Shown piece by piece: positions 28,761 to 37,124 of a DNA stretch of 64,000 nucleotides; positions within the stretch are counted from its first letter, which is position 1; the number at the start of each line of letters is the position of its first letter. Below the pieces are notes generated by a model. It ran no database searches and was not told where the DNA came from. It saw only the letters and a program-made list of their open reading frames with translations. A program made the translations under genes and the position numbers. The stretch comes from an uncultured virus (IMG/VR IMGVR_UViG_3300017990_000011). Lineage: Duplodnaviria; Heunggongvirae; Uroviricota; Caudoviricetes. The stretch lies in the IMG/VR virus record IMGVR_UViG_3300017990_000011. One strand, written 5' to 3'.

Positions 28761-29519
28761 ATGGCAAAAATATGTCTGATATCCAAAAAAGGCTCTAAGG
28801 CTGCTAAAAAGATACGGCAGAACACAAGTCTTACTATATATAAGAAAGGAGCAAATCCTGATTTTATAGTTAACTATGGTTTGGCAGGTGATAGGTTAGA
28901 TTCATTCTTCCGTAGAAACCCAAAGGCCAGAAGAGTTAAATGTATCAATCACAGTATAGGGTGTAATAAATACAGAGCAGTTAAGGACGCTGAGAAGGCT
29001 GATATTAGAACACCTGAAACATATCTATCTATACCTAGAGGCGGTAAGATTAAGAACTTTATCGTTAAGAAGTTTCACTCAATAGGTGGTATAGGTATAG
29101 CGAAAGCAAAAGATCGCAGTAAACAAGTTGGGAAGTACTACCAAGAATACATAAACAATAGACGGTACGAACTTAGAGTTCATGCTTTCTCTTGGATGGA
29201 TAATTGGCGTGTACAAAAACGTCTTGGTAAACCAGATACAATAGCATGGAATTATAAAAATGGTGGTTACTTTTCTAACGTACGAAATCCTCAATCATTC
29301 TCTGTCTTTAAAGAGGCGATTGATATGGCAAAGAAGGTTCTCGAAGTACGTAGGATGTCATTTGGAGCCGTTGATTTCATAGTAGATAATAGATTACGTG
29401 TTTACTTTATTGAAATTAATTCGGCGCCAGGATTTGAGAACTTAAGTGAAGAGATTTACATAGATGCCTTCGATAGATTAAGTAAACTAAAGGTATCGAA
29501 GATTAGAAAACTTTTGTAG
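28761..29519 (+). CDS. RimK-like ATP-grasp ligase (second)
   Basis: NKYRAVK..ADIRTP, YELRVH, FGAVDF, FIEINSAPG. Confidence 0.85.
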   Translation: MAKICLISKKGSKAAKKIRQNTSLTIYKKGANPDFIVNYGLAGDRLDSFFRRNPKARRVKCINHSIGCNKYRAVKDAEKADIRTPETYLSIPRGGKIKNFIVKKFHSIGGIGIAKAKDRSKQVGKYYQEYINNRRYELRVHAFSWMDNWRVQKRLGKPDTIAWNYKNGGYFSNVRNPQSFSVFKEAIDMAKKVLEVRRMSFGAVDFIVDNRLRVYFIEINSAPGFENLSEEIYIDAFDRLSKLKVSKIRKLL

Positions 29520-29568
29520 CGGATCTATATATCTAGAAGAGACAGGCTTCTAGTAAAAGATCCGAAGG

Positions 29569-29752
29569 TCTGAGTAGGCATAAGTCGCGGACTTCCCCGA
29601 AAAGACTTTACAAATGGTTTCCGAGGTGTATCATCCTTGGGTCAAGTGGTGGACTTAAACTAATAGATAATGATCCACATTACTTAGTCCCCTATAGGAT
29701 ATTACACCAACGAGACCAAGGACGAGTGGGAAGTGGGTGGGACGTGCTCAGG
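29569..29752 (+). ncRNA. Rod-shaped 184-nt RNA with central bubble (6S RNA-like)
   Basis: Nested stems TCTGAGTA/TGCTCAGG, ACTTCCC/GGGAAGT, TGGTTTC/GAGACCA, GGTGTA/TACACC, ATCCT/AGGAT, GTGGA/TCCAC with A-rich bubble at 29598-29614; strand assumed from context and G-U pairs. Confidence 0.55.
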
Positions 29753-29793
29753 AGTATGAACCTATGCTCCTGAGTACAAAAGAGAGGTAAAAA

Positions 29794-30549
29794 ATGTCAA
29801 GAATATTAGTATTTCCAGGCAACTTTGACCCAATATGTGCACATCATATGTCAGTGGTGTCAGAGGTAATGATGTTGGCGAACAAAGGTGAGATAGGAAA
29901 CGGGCATTGGAAGCCAGCACATCTTCAGACAACATACGTACCGTTTGATGCAGCCTGGATTCTGCCTTACAACAAAGAGCCATTTGGATTACGTGAACTA
30001 GCACCCATAGCTGATCGAATCGAGATGATAGAGTTAGCAATAAAAGACTGCGACATGGGTGATTATATTCAGGTGTCTGATTTCGAAGAGTTCTTTAACA
30101 TTAAATGTGGAAGAACAAAAGCATTACTTAGGTTTGCAAAATTCTACAAACAAAATGATTTAGTCTTCTTGTTAGGTAAAGATGAAGCTGTGAATCTTAG
30201 GTTGTGGAGAAACAGTCGTAAACTCACAAGGAATTTATCATTCATAACGGTTTCTAGGAGAGACTTTTCAAGAGGGCTCAAACCAGATAACAAAAAGAGT
30301 TATTATTATAGACGTATGAGTGATTGGTATGCCTTTGGTTATAATAGTAATCATAAATACATAAGCCAGAACATTGCTGGTAACAATATGTTTGGTAAAA
30401 GTATTCGAGAACATCTGTCAGCAGGTGGGGATCGTAGACGTCAAATGATGCATGACCCAGTGGTACTAACGGAATCTGTATCTGACTATATAAAAGAACA
30501 TAAACTATATATAAACGGAGATGAACCTAATGAGCAAGCTGTATCTTAA
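29794..30549 (+). CDS. NadD-like nicotinate/nicotinamide-nucleotide adenylyltransferase (divergent)
   Basis: VFPGNFDPICAHH (variant of GxFDPxHxGH), FLLGKD...WRN, SIRE, VSDYIKEHKLY. Confidence 0.72.
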   Translation: MSRILVFPGNFDPICAHHMSVVSEVMMLANKGEIGNGHWKPAHLQTTYVPFDAAWILPYNKEPFGLRELAPIADRIEMIELAIKDCDMGDYIQVSDFEEFFNIKCGRTKALLRFAKFYKQNDLVFLLGKDEAVNLRLWRNSRKLTRNLSFITVSRRDFSRGLKPDNKKSYYYRRMSDWYAFGYNSNHKYISQNIAGNNMFGKSIREHLSAGGDRRRQMMHDPVVLTESVSDYIKEHKLYINGDEPNEQAVS

Positions 30550-31351
30550 AGGCGACACACATATATACTACTACTGCAGAGACCCACAATTCGCTCTGGT
30601 GCACAATTATCCAAGAACAAAGAAAGGTAAACCAGTTGGTGTAAAAGCCGGTTGGACAACCTGTAGGGAATCACTTATATATAATTTTGCCCGATTTGCA
30701 TTTGAAAAAAGACCGACACTAAGAATAAATCGTGGTCGTCTCGAAATTATGGTAGCATTTATGTCGGCTACTAGAAAAGGCATGCCTTCTACTGCTCAAC
30801 AGAGACGTCAGATCAATGATTATGTTAAGAGAGGACTTAGGATCATAAACCACTTTGAGAAACGGGTTGGTTGGCCATTAACAAATATAAAGACAGTTGA
30901 ATTAGATAGTAAGGATAAAATGATATTCCTACTGAGCGGTTCCCCACGTTGGATGCGTAACACTTTTTTGTTGTCTACCTATCTTCTGATGTTTAGGGCT
31001 GGCAGGTCTCCACACATGACTGGTTGGCGTACACATAAAGAACTGATGGCCAAGCTAAGAGCATACACGGGTAAGGATGCAAGTGCTATAAAAATTACAC
31101 ATAACAAGTGGGAGATACTTCTCAAACATAGGGACACACTCAACGGCGACAGACTTGTTAAAGATAATTTCAATCCTAAAAAGATTTTTGCAAGAGGTCA
31201 TACCCACGACAGTGTAGGAATAGAAGGGATATCTAGACTGTGTAAAGGATCCACTAATGATTGGGTGTTTCTCAACAGATTTGCTAAGGCATGTAAGAAG
31301 GAAGGCTTACGTCTTACAGTACCTAAGAACAAACAAATGACTGGGGTGTAG
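30530..31351 (+). CDS. Hypothetical basic protein
   Basis: Long ORF; stop codon lies inside tRNA-Gln; start uncertain (30521 or 30530). Confidence 0.7.
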   Translation: MSKLYLKGDTHIYYYCRDPQFALVHNYPRTKKGKPVGVKAGWTTCRESLIYNFARFAFEKRPTLRINRGRLEIMVAFMSATRKGMPSTAQQRRQINDYVKRGLRIINHFEKRVGWPLTNIKTVELDSKDKMIFLLSGSPRWMRNTFLLSTYLLMFRAGRSPHMTGWRTHKELMAKLRAYTGKDASAIKITHNKWEILLKHRDTLNGDRLVKDNFNPKKIFARGHTHDSVGIEGISRLCKGSTNDWVFLNRFAKACKKEGLRLTVPKNKQMTGV

Positions 31352-31414
31352 TTCAGTTGGCAGAACGCTGGCCTTTGAAGCCAGTCGTCGTTGGTTCAAG
31401 TCCAACCACCCCAT
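31342..31414 (+). tRNA. tRNA-Gln (UUG), no encoded CCA
   Basis: TGGGGTG/CACCCCA acceptor, GTTC/GAAC D stem, CTGGC-CTTTGAA-GCCAG, GTTGG-TTCAAGT-CCAAC. Confidence 0.95.
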
Positions 31415-31426
31415 AAGAGGGTTGCC

Positions 31427-31579
31427 ATGGTCGAGGAAGTAAAAGGTATAATACATAGGGTCGATGATAGATACGGCCAGTATGAGCTAACCACAACAGA
31501 TGGTTATGTTTGTATGTATATGTTTGATACACTCAAATATGAATATTTTAAACCAGACGAAGTGTCTGAATTGGAGTGA
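31427..31579 (+). CDS. Small hypothetical protein
   Basis: ATG 31427 after GAGG, just downstream of tRNA. Confidence 0.5.
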   Translation: MVEEVKGIIHRVDDRYGQYELTTTDGYVCMYMFDTLKYEYFKPDEVSELE

Positions 31580-31583
31580 TAAA

Positions 31584-32039
31584 ATGAGAGAAGAATTAGA
31601 TAAAAAATTAGTAGCAACTTATCCCAATCTATACAAACAGCGTAACATGTCTATGCAACAAACAGCTATGTGCTGGGGATTCAGTTGTGGTGATGGTTGG
31701 TACGACATCATCAATGAACTCAGTGCTAAGCTTGAACCGTTGGGTGCTGTGGCAGTACAAGTGAAAGAAAAATTCGGCGGCTTGCGGTTCTATATCGAAG
31801 GTATAGACAAAAGTGTGTCTGAAGAAGTTTATGCTGCCATCAGTGAAGCAGAAGGCAAGTCCTATAAGACTTGTGAATCCTGTGGTGAGCCTGGTGAACT
31901 GAAAGGACAGGGTTGGGTAATAACCATGTGCAACAAGTGTTGGGATAAAAGGATGTCCAACCTTGAAGTGAAAAACTCAGATAAAACTGTCGGTGAGATA
32001 CTCGGTATGCTACCATCAATGAAAGATGTAAAGGAATAG
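31584..32039 (+). CDS. Conserved phage hypothetical protein
   Basis: CGDGWYDII...QVKEKFGGLRFY...CESCG motif common in phages. Confidence 0.75.
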   Translation: MREELDKKLVATYPNLYKQRNMSMQQTAMCWGFSCGDGWYDIINELSAKLEPLGAVAVQVKEKFGGLRFYIEGIDKSVSEEVYAAISEAEGKSYKTCESCGEPGELKGQGWVITMCNKCWDKRMSNLEVKNSDKTVGEILGMLPSMKDVKE

Positions 32040-32040
32040 C

Positions 32041-32271
32041 ATGGCTAACTGGGGCATGAAACTAATAAGTAAACTGGGACTCTCAGTGTGGGACAAGAAC
32101 CACACCCAAGAGTTCCGGTATACTAATATCCCTAGTCGCGGGTCGTTGTTACTAGTGGATGACATCACTAAAGAAATAGTGATATCAGACGTTGCTTTTG
32201 GTTGTCATTGGAATTTTCCTGGTTTATATCATGTTTGGAAGTATGAAGAAAAGAAACCTAAGATTAAATAG
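32041..32271 (+). CDS. Hypothetical protein
   Basis: 76-aa ORF, last gene of the + block. Confidence 0.55.
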   Translation: MANWGMKLISKLGLSVWDKNHTQEFRYTNIPSRGSLLLVDDITKEIVISDVAFGCHWNFPGLYHVWKYEEKKPKIK

Positions 32272-32380
32272 TTTATATTTGATTTTAGGTTTTATATTGT
32301 TTTTATTTTTAAAAATTTTTTCAGCAGCAGCCGCCTATAGAACCGGCTTCCGTTTTAAACCCCCGACTTTTTTAGAAAAC

Positions 32381-32410
32381 AAAAAGCCCCCGGCGAACCG
32401 AGGGCTTGTT
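32381..32410. terminator. Intrinsic terminator between convergent blocks
   Basis: AAAAAGCCCCCGG-CGAA-CCGAGGGCTTGTT hairpin with A/T tracts. Confidence 0.75.
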
Positions 32411-32431
32411 GTAATTTTAAATGTATACTAC

Positions 32432-35400
32432 TTACGCTGTATAAGTAATGTTAACCCAGTTGCTGGATTGTACATTATACAAGAATGTAATAGTGAAAAC
32501 TCCGCCAGGTACGGCTACAGTACAATCATAGGTCGCGCCAATACGTTGTTTAACACCATTAACAAAGATCTGTAAGTCATCAGGCACAGCACTAAAACCA
32601 GAGCCATAAGTCCATGAGGTATCAGATACATAAGTACCATCAACATCATAATGGGTGTGCACAGCACCAGCAGCAGCTTCTACAGCATCCCAAACAGCAC
32701 CAGCAGTAGGAATCTGTGAGTCAGTAGAGCCGGAGACCACTGTAGTAGTAATCTCATTGACCGCTCCACCTGTTCCCAGATTAATAGATGGTGTAAATAA
32801 TGTATCAGAACTGTAGTAGAAGTTATTATTATCTGTAACTCCACTAGCAGTAGTAAACAATACATTATTAGCAGTGTATGTTCCAATCTCAACATCTGTC
32901 AACTCAATGAACTCACTGGTTAGACCAGCAAGTAAGTTGTCAACTTCTGTCTCAGTATAATATCTATCATCATGTGTATGAACTAAAGCAGCGTAATCAC
33001 TGTCATGGTTATGGCCAACAGGTGAATAGACACCGTCATGGTTATGAGTATCAGATGCATATGGATGGCTATGACCAACAGTCAGATAGTCAGCGTAGGT
33101 TAAGTGGTAATATTCACCAACCACTCCACCCTGTAAACCATCCAAAAGATTATGTGTAATGCTTCCAGAACCAGTAGTTATATCCTGAATCTCATCATAA
33201 ATCAACTTAGCAGTGGCTAACTGATCATCAGTTGAAGCTGCACTTAAACTACCAGTAGAAGCAACAATCTCATTAACTGTAGCACCAGTCTTCAGATTTA
33301 AACCATCAGCTGTAATACGCATCTCAGAAGTATTAGCAACCTCAAAATCAATCCAATTAGAAGTCTGATTAACTGTTATATTTTCAGCAGTAGACAGACC
33401 AAGTCTCTGTGTATTAGCTGTTGTCTGGAAATAACTAGTCACACCAATCATGAAATCCATTATATTGGTAGAACTATCAACATAAAGTTGAGCATTGGTG
33501 TAATTAGTGACATCACCAATAGCAAACCAATCATCAGCCACATACATAGTATCATAACCATTAGTGGTCATGTAGAACTCACCAGTACCACTATTTACTG
33601 TTATATAAGTAGTACCAGCAGTATCGAACCTCTTCTCTGTATCATTCCACCATGGAACTCTAGTATCAACTGGGTTGTCCTCACGAGTAGCAACAGCCTG
33701 TAAGGTGCCAGAAACACCAACACGGAATGTATCAGTAGGTTCATCAAATACGAAGTAATAATCAGCCTGTGTTCCACGATCAACCTGTAAACCAGCCTGA
33801 CCAGCGGTTACACCAGCGCCAACTTCTCCATAATTGACATGAATAATATTATCAGCTACCTGAACGGTCTCAACATCAGTGTAGAATAATGTACCAGTTA
33901 CCGTTAAGTCTCCACCAACAGTCATATCACCTGGTGTGTAGACAGGTAAGCCCATGTATTCCTGACGCGGTTGGATACGATCGTAAGGTGTATCAACAAC
34001 TTCCCAAGCAATCGCTCCACTAGAACCGAACAGATAATCATCAACAGCACCAGCAGTAACCAATTGGCTATCTGTTGGGCTAGTAATGGTAGTAACAATC
34101 TCATCAACAGTCTGCCCACCAAAATCGAAAGTGCCAGAAACAGAAACGTTGCCGGCTGCATCAATATTGGTTGTAGCAAATGTATCAGTAGAAGGGTTGT
34201 ATGTCAGATCAGTATCATCAATAACTGCTGAACTTGATTCAAATAAAATTCTATTCTCTGTAAATGATGCTATTGTATCATCAAGGCTTAAGAAGTCAAC
34301 ATCTCCTACAGTATTATCAACATAAGTCTTAACAGCTTTCTCTGTGGGTACTGCGTCGTCGGAATTACCACTCAACGTAGTATCAGTAGAGAACTCATTA
34401 ATGGCTGTGTCATGAGGTGTAAGAGCAGAAAGTCTAAATTTCTGACTGTTATCAAATTCACCAGCGTAGGTCGAGTTGGTATTGAATACAACACTACCAA
34501 GAGCGCCAGTGTTTTCGACATACATATGTAAGGTTTCAAAGTATACAGCACCTTCATCACTATAACCATATTGTGCTTTATACCCCTCATCCATACGGGT
34601 ATCACCAGCGAACTCAGTTTCACCTTCAATATAATTCTTCTCGGCACCATCAATGTATAGACCCCATGCAGTACCAGATAAGGTTGCGTCACCATCATAA
34701 TTACCATAATACATGTAAAGATTACCAGTAATATCTGTGGTATTACGTGTAGTTATTTCAATATACTCACCATATACATTACCCATATTAGCAGATGAAC
34801 CTGCATCTATAGTATTAAGTATACCATAAACATCATCAACCTTACCAGATCCTTGAACGCGCGTCAAAACTTCAGCACCTTCTAACCCAACAATTGGTTC
34901 TGTAGCATTATATTGTCTGGATAATATTGACGCACCAACAACCCAATCAACATGAGCTCCAGTACGAACATCTGCCATAATATTAGCACCATAGAGAGAA
35001 CCATAATAACCAGAACCATTGGTTATACTGTATAAATAAGCGCCATATACATCAACAGCTTCACCATCAGTTGTAGCACCAGCTACATTGACGAAAGCAT
35101 CAATGGATTCATAATCAGCGTAAACAGGTTGAGGTGTTGCATTAGACATCGAAATTTCAAACGCGTAGTAAGAATCCTCACCAACAGTTTGGCTGTCTAA
35201 ATCAAGTTTTAATGCACCACCATAACCAGTATTGGTTATTGTTACAAGATCTTCATCCACATCAAATGATGGGTTCCTAATCTTCATAACTTCAACATCA
35301 TTGAGTTTAGTCTCAACATATGGTGACACGCCAGATACAGATGTATCTATTACGGTTACACTAGAATCAGCCTGATAGATTTTATTCTTATCGCCGGCTG

Positions 35401-37111
35401 CATTCTGGTCTATAGTCTCAAGAGCTTTCTGAACAGTATCATCACTAGAAGTGAGAATACCACTAAATGTAGTATAGTCAGCGGATATAGATGAAGCTGG
35501 ATGTTGATTAGTCTTATCTCTACCAGTTAAATTAGCATGGTCAGATACAGACTGAGGAAGTGGAGTTAAACCAGAGTATCTCCAATCAACATAATCCTCA
35601 GCATCAGCTGTTCCTCTAATTTTACATTTATGTGTAGTAGTATACCCAGAAGCGCACTGATAAATTACAGTACCAAGGGGTACGAATTCAACGAAAGGCA
35701 ACCCTGTAAGTACAAGATTGTTTATTTCTTCAGTAGCGCCTTCTCTCGCCGAAGCAAGATCGATATATTCAGCTTGACCCTGTACAACTATGATTGGATA
35801 GGTAATGTCATTAGTAGCAAACACATGAACTAGTGTAAGATCATCACCAGCGCCATTGACTTCAGTCTGCTGCCAAGTAGAACCTGTCCATTCATTATAG
35901 TTTAGATAAGTACCACCTGGTTTATATGGAAAGTTATCTGGTGTATCCATACGCCAATCACCATTAGCACCACTCTTGTAAAATACAGGGAGTTGTGCAG
36001 GTTTGGCTTGGGTGGCTATAGTATGAAGTAAATCTTCATCTCTAATATGCCCAGAAGCTACACCAAATTGTGTCTGGTTATCATTATTACCAGCGGCGTT
36101 GGCTAAAATATCAGTCAAAGCCAGGCCGTCCACATATGTGGTACCAAGTGACTCATGTAAATAAGCATGTGTTTGACCATCCATTGTGATACCATGACGC
36201 TCATCACCAATATAAACGGCGGTATTGTTCGTAGCATCCCAATAAACGGCAGCAACATATGCTTTATTATAAATTAAATCATAACTAAATGTGGTAGTAT
36301 GTGTTAACGAACCACCATCATAATAGAAATAATGCATACCTTCTGTATCTGTAAGAGCCAAAGAATCTGCACCATTTTTAGTGTATTTCTGGCCGACTAT
36401 ATAATAGTCATACTCTGTACCACTAATGGTCAGAGTCATAGTACCATCATCAAAAGTTAGCGCGGAATCGGTTGTATTAATAAATCCAGAAGGTTCTTGG
36501 GTGTCTTCAAATAATTCAACTAAACTATCAACACCAGAAGTTGTTGCACCCAAACCATCTTCAACAGTGTCACCAACGTAAGTATAAAACACACCCCAAA
36601 GAGGTGTAGTCTTACCATTGGTGCCTGGGTCGTCGTCAAAATAAACTAAACCAGCGGATGCGTCATACTCCCAGTTAAAAGCGCCTTCTGAAGGAAGAAT
36701 TTCGGACAGCATATCAGGAGCTGTGCCTAACCCATTATCTTCAAACAGACGGAGTTTATACTGAGTTTCAGCATAACGTTGCCACTGAGTCAATCGAATA
36801 GAACCTCGACTAGAGTGGCCCGCAGTAGTACAGTTATCTTCTGTAGCGTACCAGGCTTTATTATTATTAACAGTCGGATCGGCTGTTAATTTTACAGTAT
36901 GTTCTTCAATCAAACCAGCAGAAATACCATCAGCTACTAAAGAGCCGTGTGTGCCAACAACATCAACAGCAGGAATCTGGGAAGCAATAACCTGATGGGG
37001 GTTAGCTAAAGCATTACCTTCATTAGTTACTCCCTTCGCTGTCGAAGTAAACCCTACGTTGGCGATATGCTTGGTTTGGATACTTTCTCTATATGTATCA
37101 TCAAAAGCCAT
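32432..37111 (-). CDS. Large tail fibre / virion structural protein
   Basis: 1559 aa, T/G/D/S-rich; repeated VNEI...TDSQxxTAxAV units, AVPTEKAVKTYVD and His-rich HxH/HTHDDRYYTETE fibre motifs. Confidence 0.75.
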   Translation of the reverse strand: MAFDDTYRESIQTKHIANVGFTSTAKGVTNEGNALANPHQVIASQIPAVDVVGTHGSLVADGISAGLIEEHTVKLTADPTVNNNKAWYATEDNCTTAGHSSRGSIRLTQWQRYAETQYKLRLFEDNGLGTAPDMLSEILPSEGAFNWEYDASAGLVYFDDDPGTNGKTTPLWGVFYTYVGDTVEDGLGATTSGVDSLVELFEDTQEPSGFINTTDSALTFDDGTMTLTISGTEYDYYIVGQKYTKNGADSLALTDTEGMHYFYYDGGSLTHTTTFSYDLIYNKAYVAAVYWDATNNTAVYIGDERHGITMDGQTHAYLHESLGTTYVDGLALTDILANAAGNNDNQTQFGVASGHIRDEDLLHTIATQAKPAQLPVFYKSGANGDWRMDTPDNFPYKPGGTYLNYNEWTGSTWQQTEVNGAGDDLTLVHVFATNDITYPIIVVQGQAEYIDLASAREGATEEINNLVLTGLPFVEFVPLGTVIYQCASGYTTTHKCKIRGTADAEDYVDWRYSGLTPLPQSVSDHANLTGRDKTNQHPASSISADYTTFSGILTSSDDTVQKALETIDQNAAGDKNKIYQADSSVTVIDTSVSGVSPYVETKLNDVEVMKIRNPSFDVDEDLVTITNTGYGGALKLDLDSQTVGEDSYYAFEISMSNATPQPVYADYESIDAFVNVAGATTDGEAVDVYGAYLYSITNGSGYYGSLYGANIMADVRTGAHVDWVVGASILSRQYNATEPIVGLEGAEVLTRVQGSGKVDDVYGILNTIDAGSSANMGNVYGEYIEITTRNTTDITGNLYMYYGNYDGDATLSGTAWGLYIDGAEKNYIEGETEFAGDTRMDEGYKAQYGYSDEGAVYFETLHMYVENTGALGSVVFNTNSTYAGEFDNSQKFRLSALTPHDTAINEFSTDTTLSGNSDDAVPTEKAVKTYVDNTVGDVDFLSLDDTIASFTENRILFESSSAVIDDTDLTYNPSTDTFATTNIDAAGNVSVSGTFDFGGQTVDEIVTTITSPTDSQLVTAGAVDDYLFGSSGAIAWEVVDTPYDRIQPRQEYMGLPVYTPGDMTVGGDLTVTGTLFYTDVETVQVADNIIHVNYGEVGAGVTAGQAGLQVDRGTQADYYFVFDEPTDTFRVGVSGTLQAVATREDNPVDTRVPWWNDTEKRFDTAGTTYITVNSGTGEFYMTTNGYDTMYVADDWFAIGDVTNYTNAQLYVDSSTNIMDFMIGVTSYFQTTANTQRLGLSTAENITVNQTSNWIDFEVANTSEMRITADGLNLKTGATVNEIVASTGSLSAASTDDQLATAKLIYDEIQDITTGSGSITHNLLDGLQGGVVGEYYHLTYADYLTVGHSHPYASDTHNHDGVYSPVGHNHDSDYAALVHTHDDRYYTETEVDNLLAGLTSEFIELTDVEIGTYTANNVLFTTASGVTDNNNFYYSSDTLFTPSINLGTGGAVNEITTTVVSGSTDSQIPTAGAVWDAVEAAAGAVHTHYDVDGTYVSDTSWTYGSGFSAVPDDLQIFVNGVKQRIGATYDCTVAVPGGVFTITFLYNVQSSNWVNITYTA

Positions 37112-37124
37112 TAGTCATACCTCC

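Noticed and set aside
32192..32575. 127-aa hydrophobic + strand ORF
   Set aside because: Spans the AT-rich terminator region and overlaps the fibre gene antisense; no clear RBS
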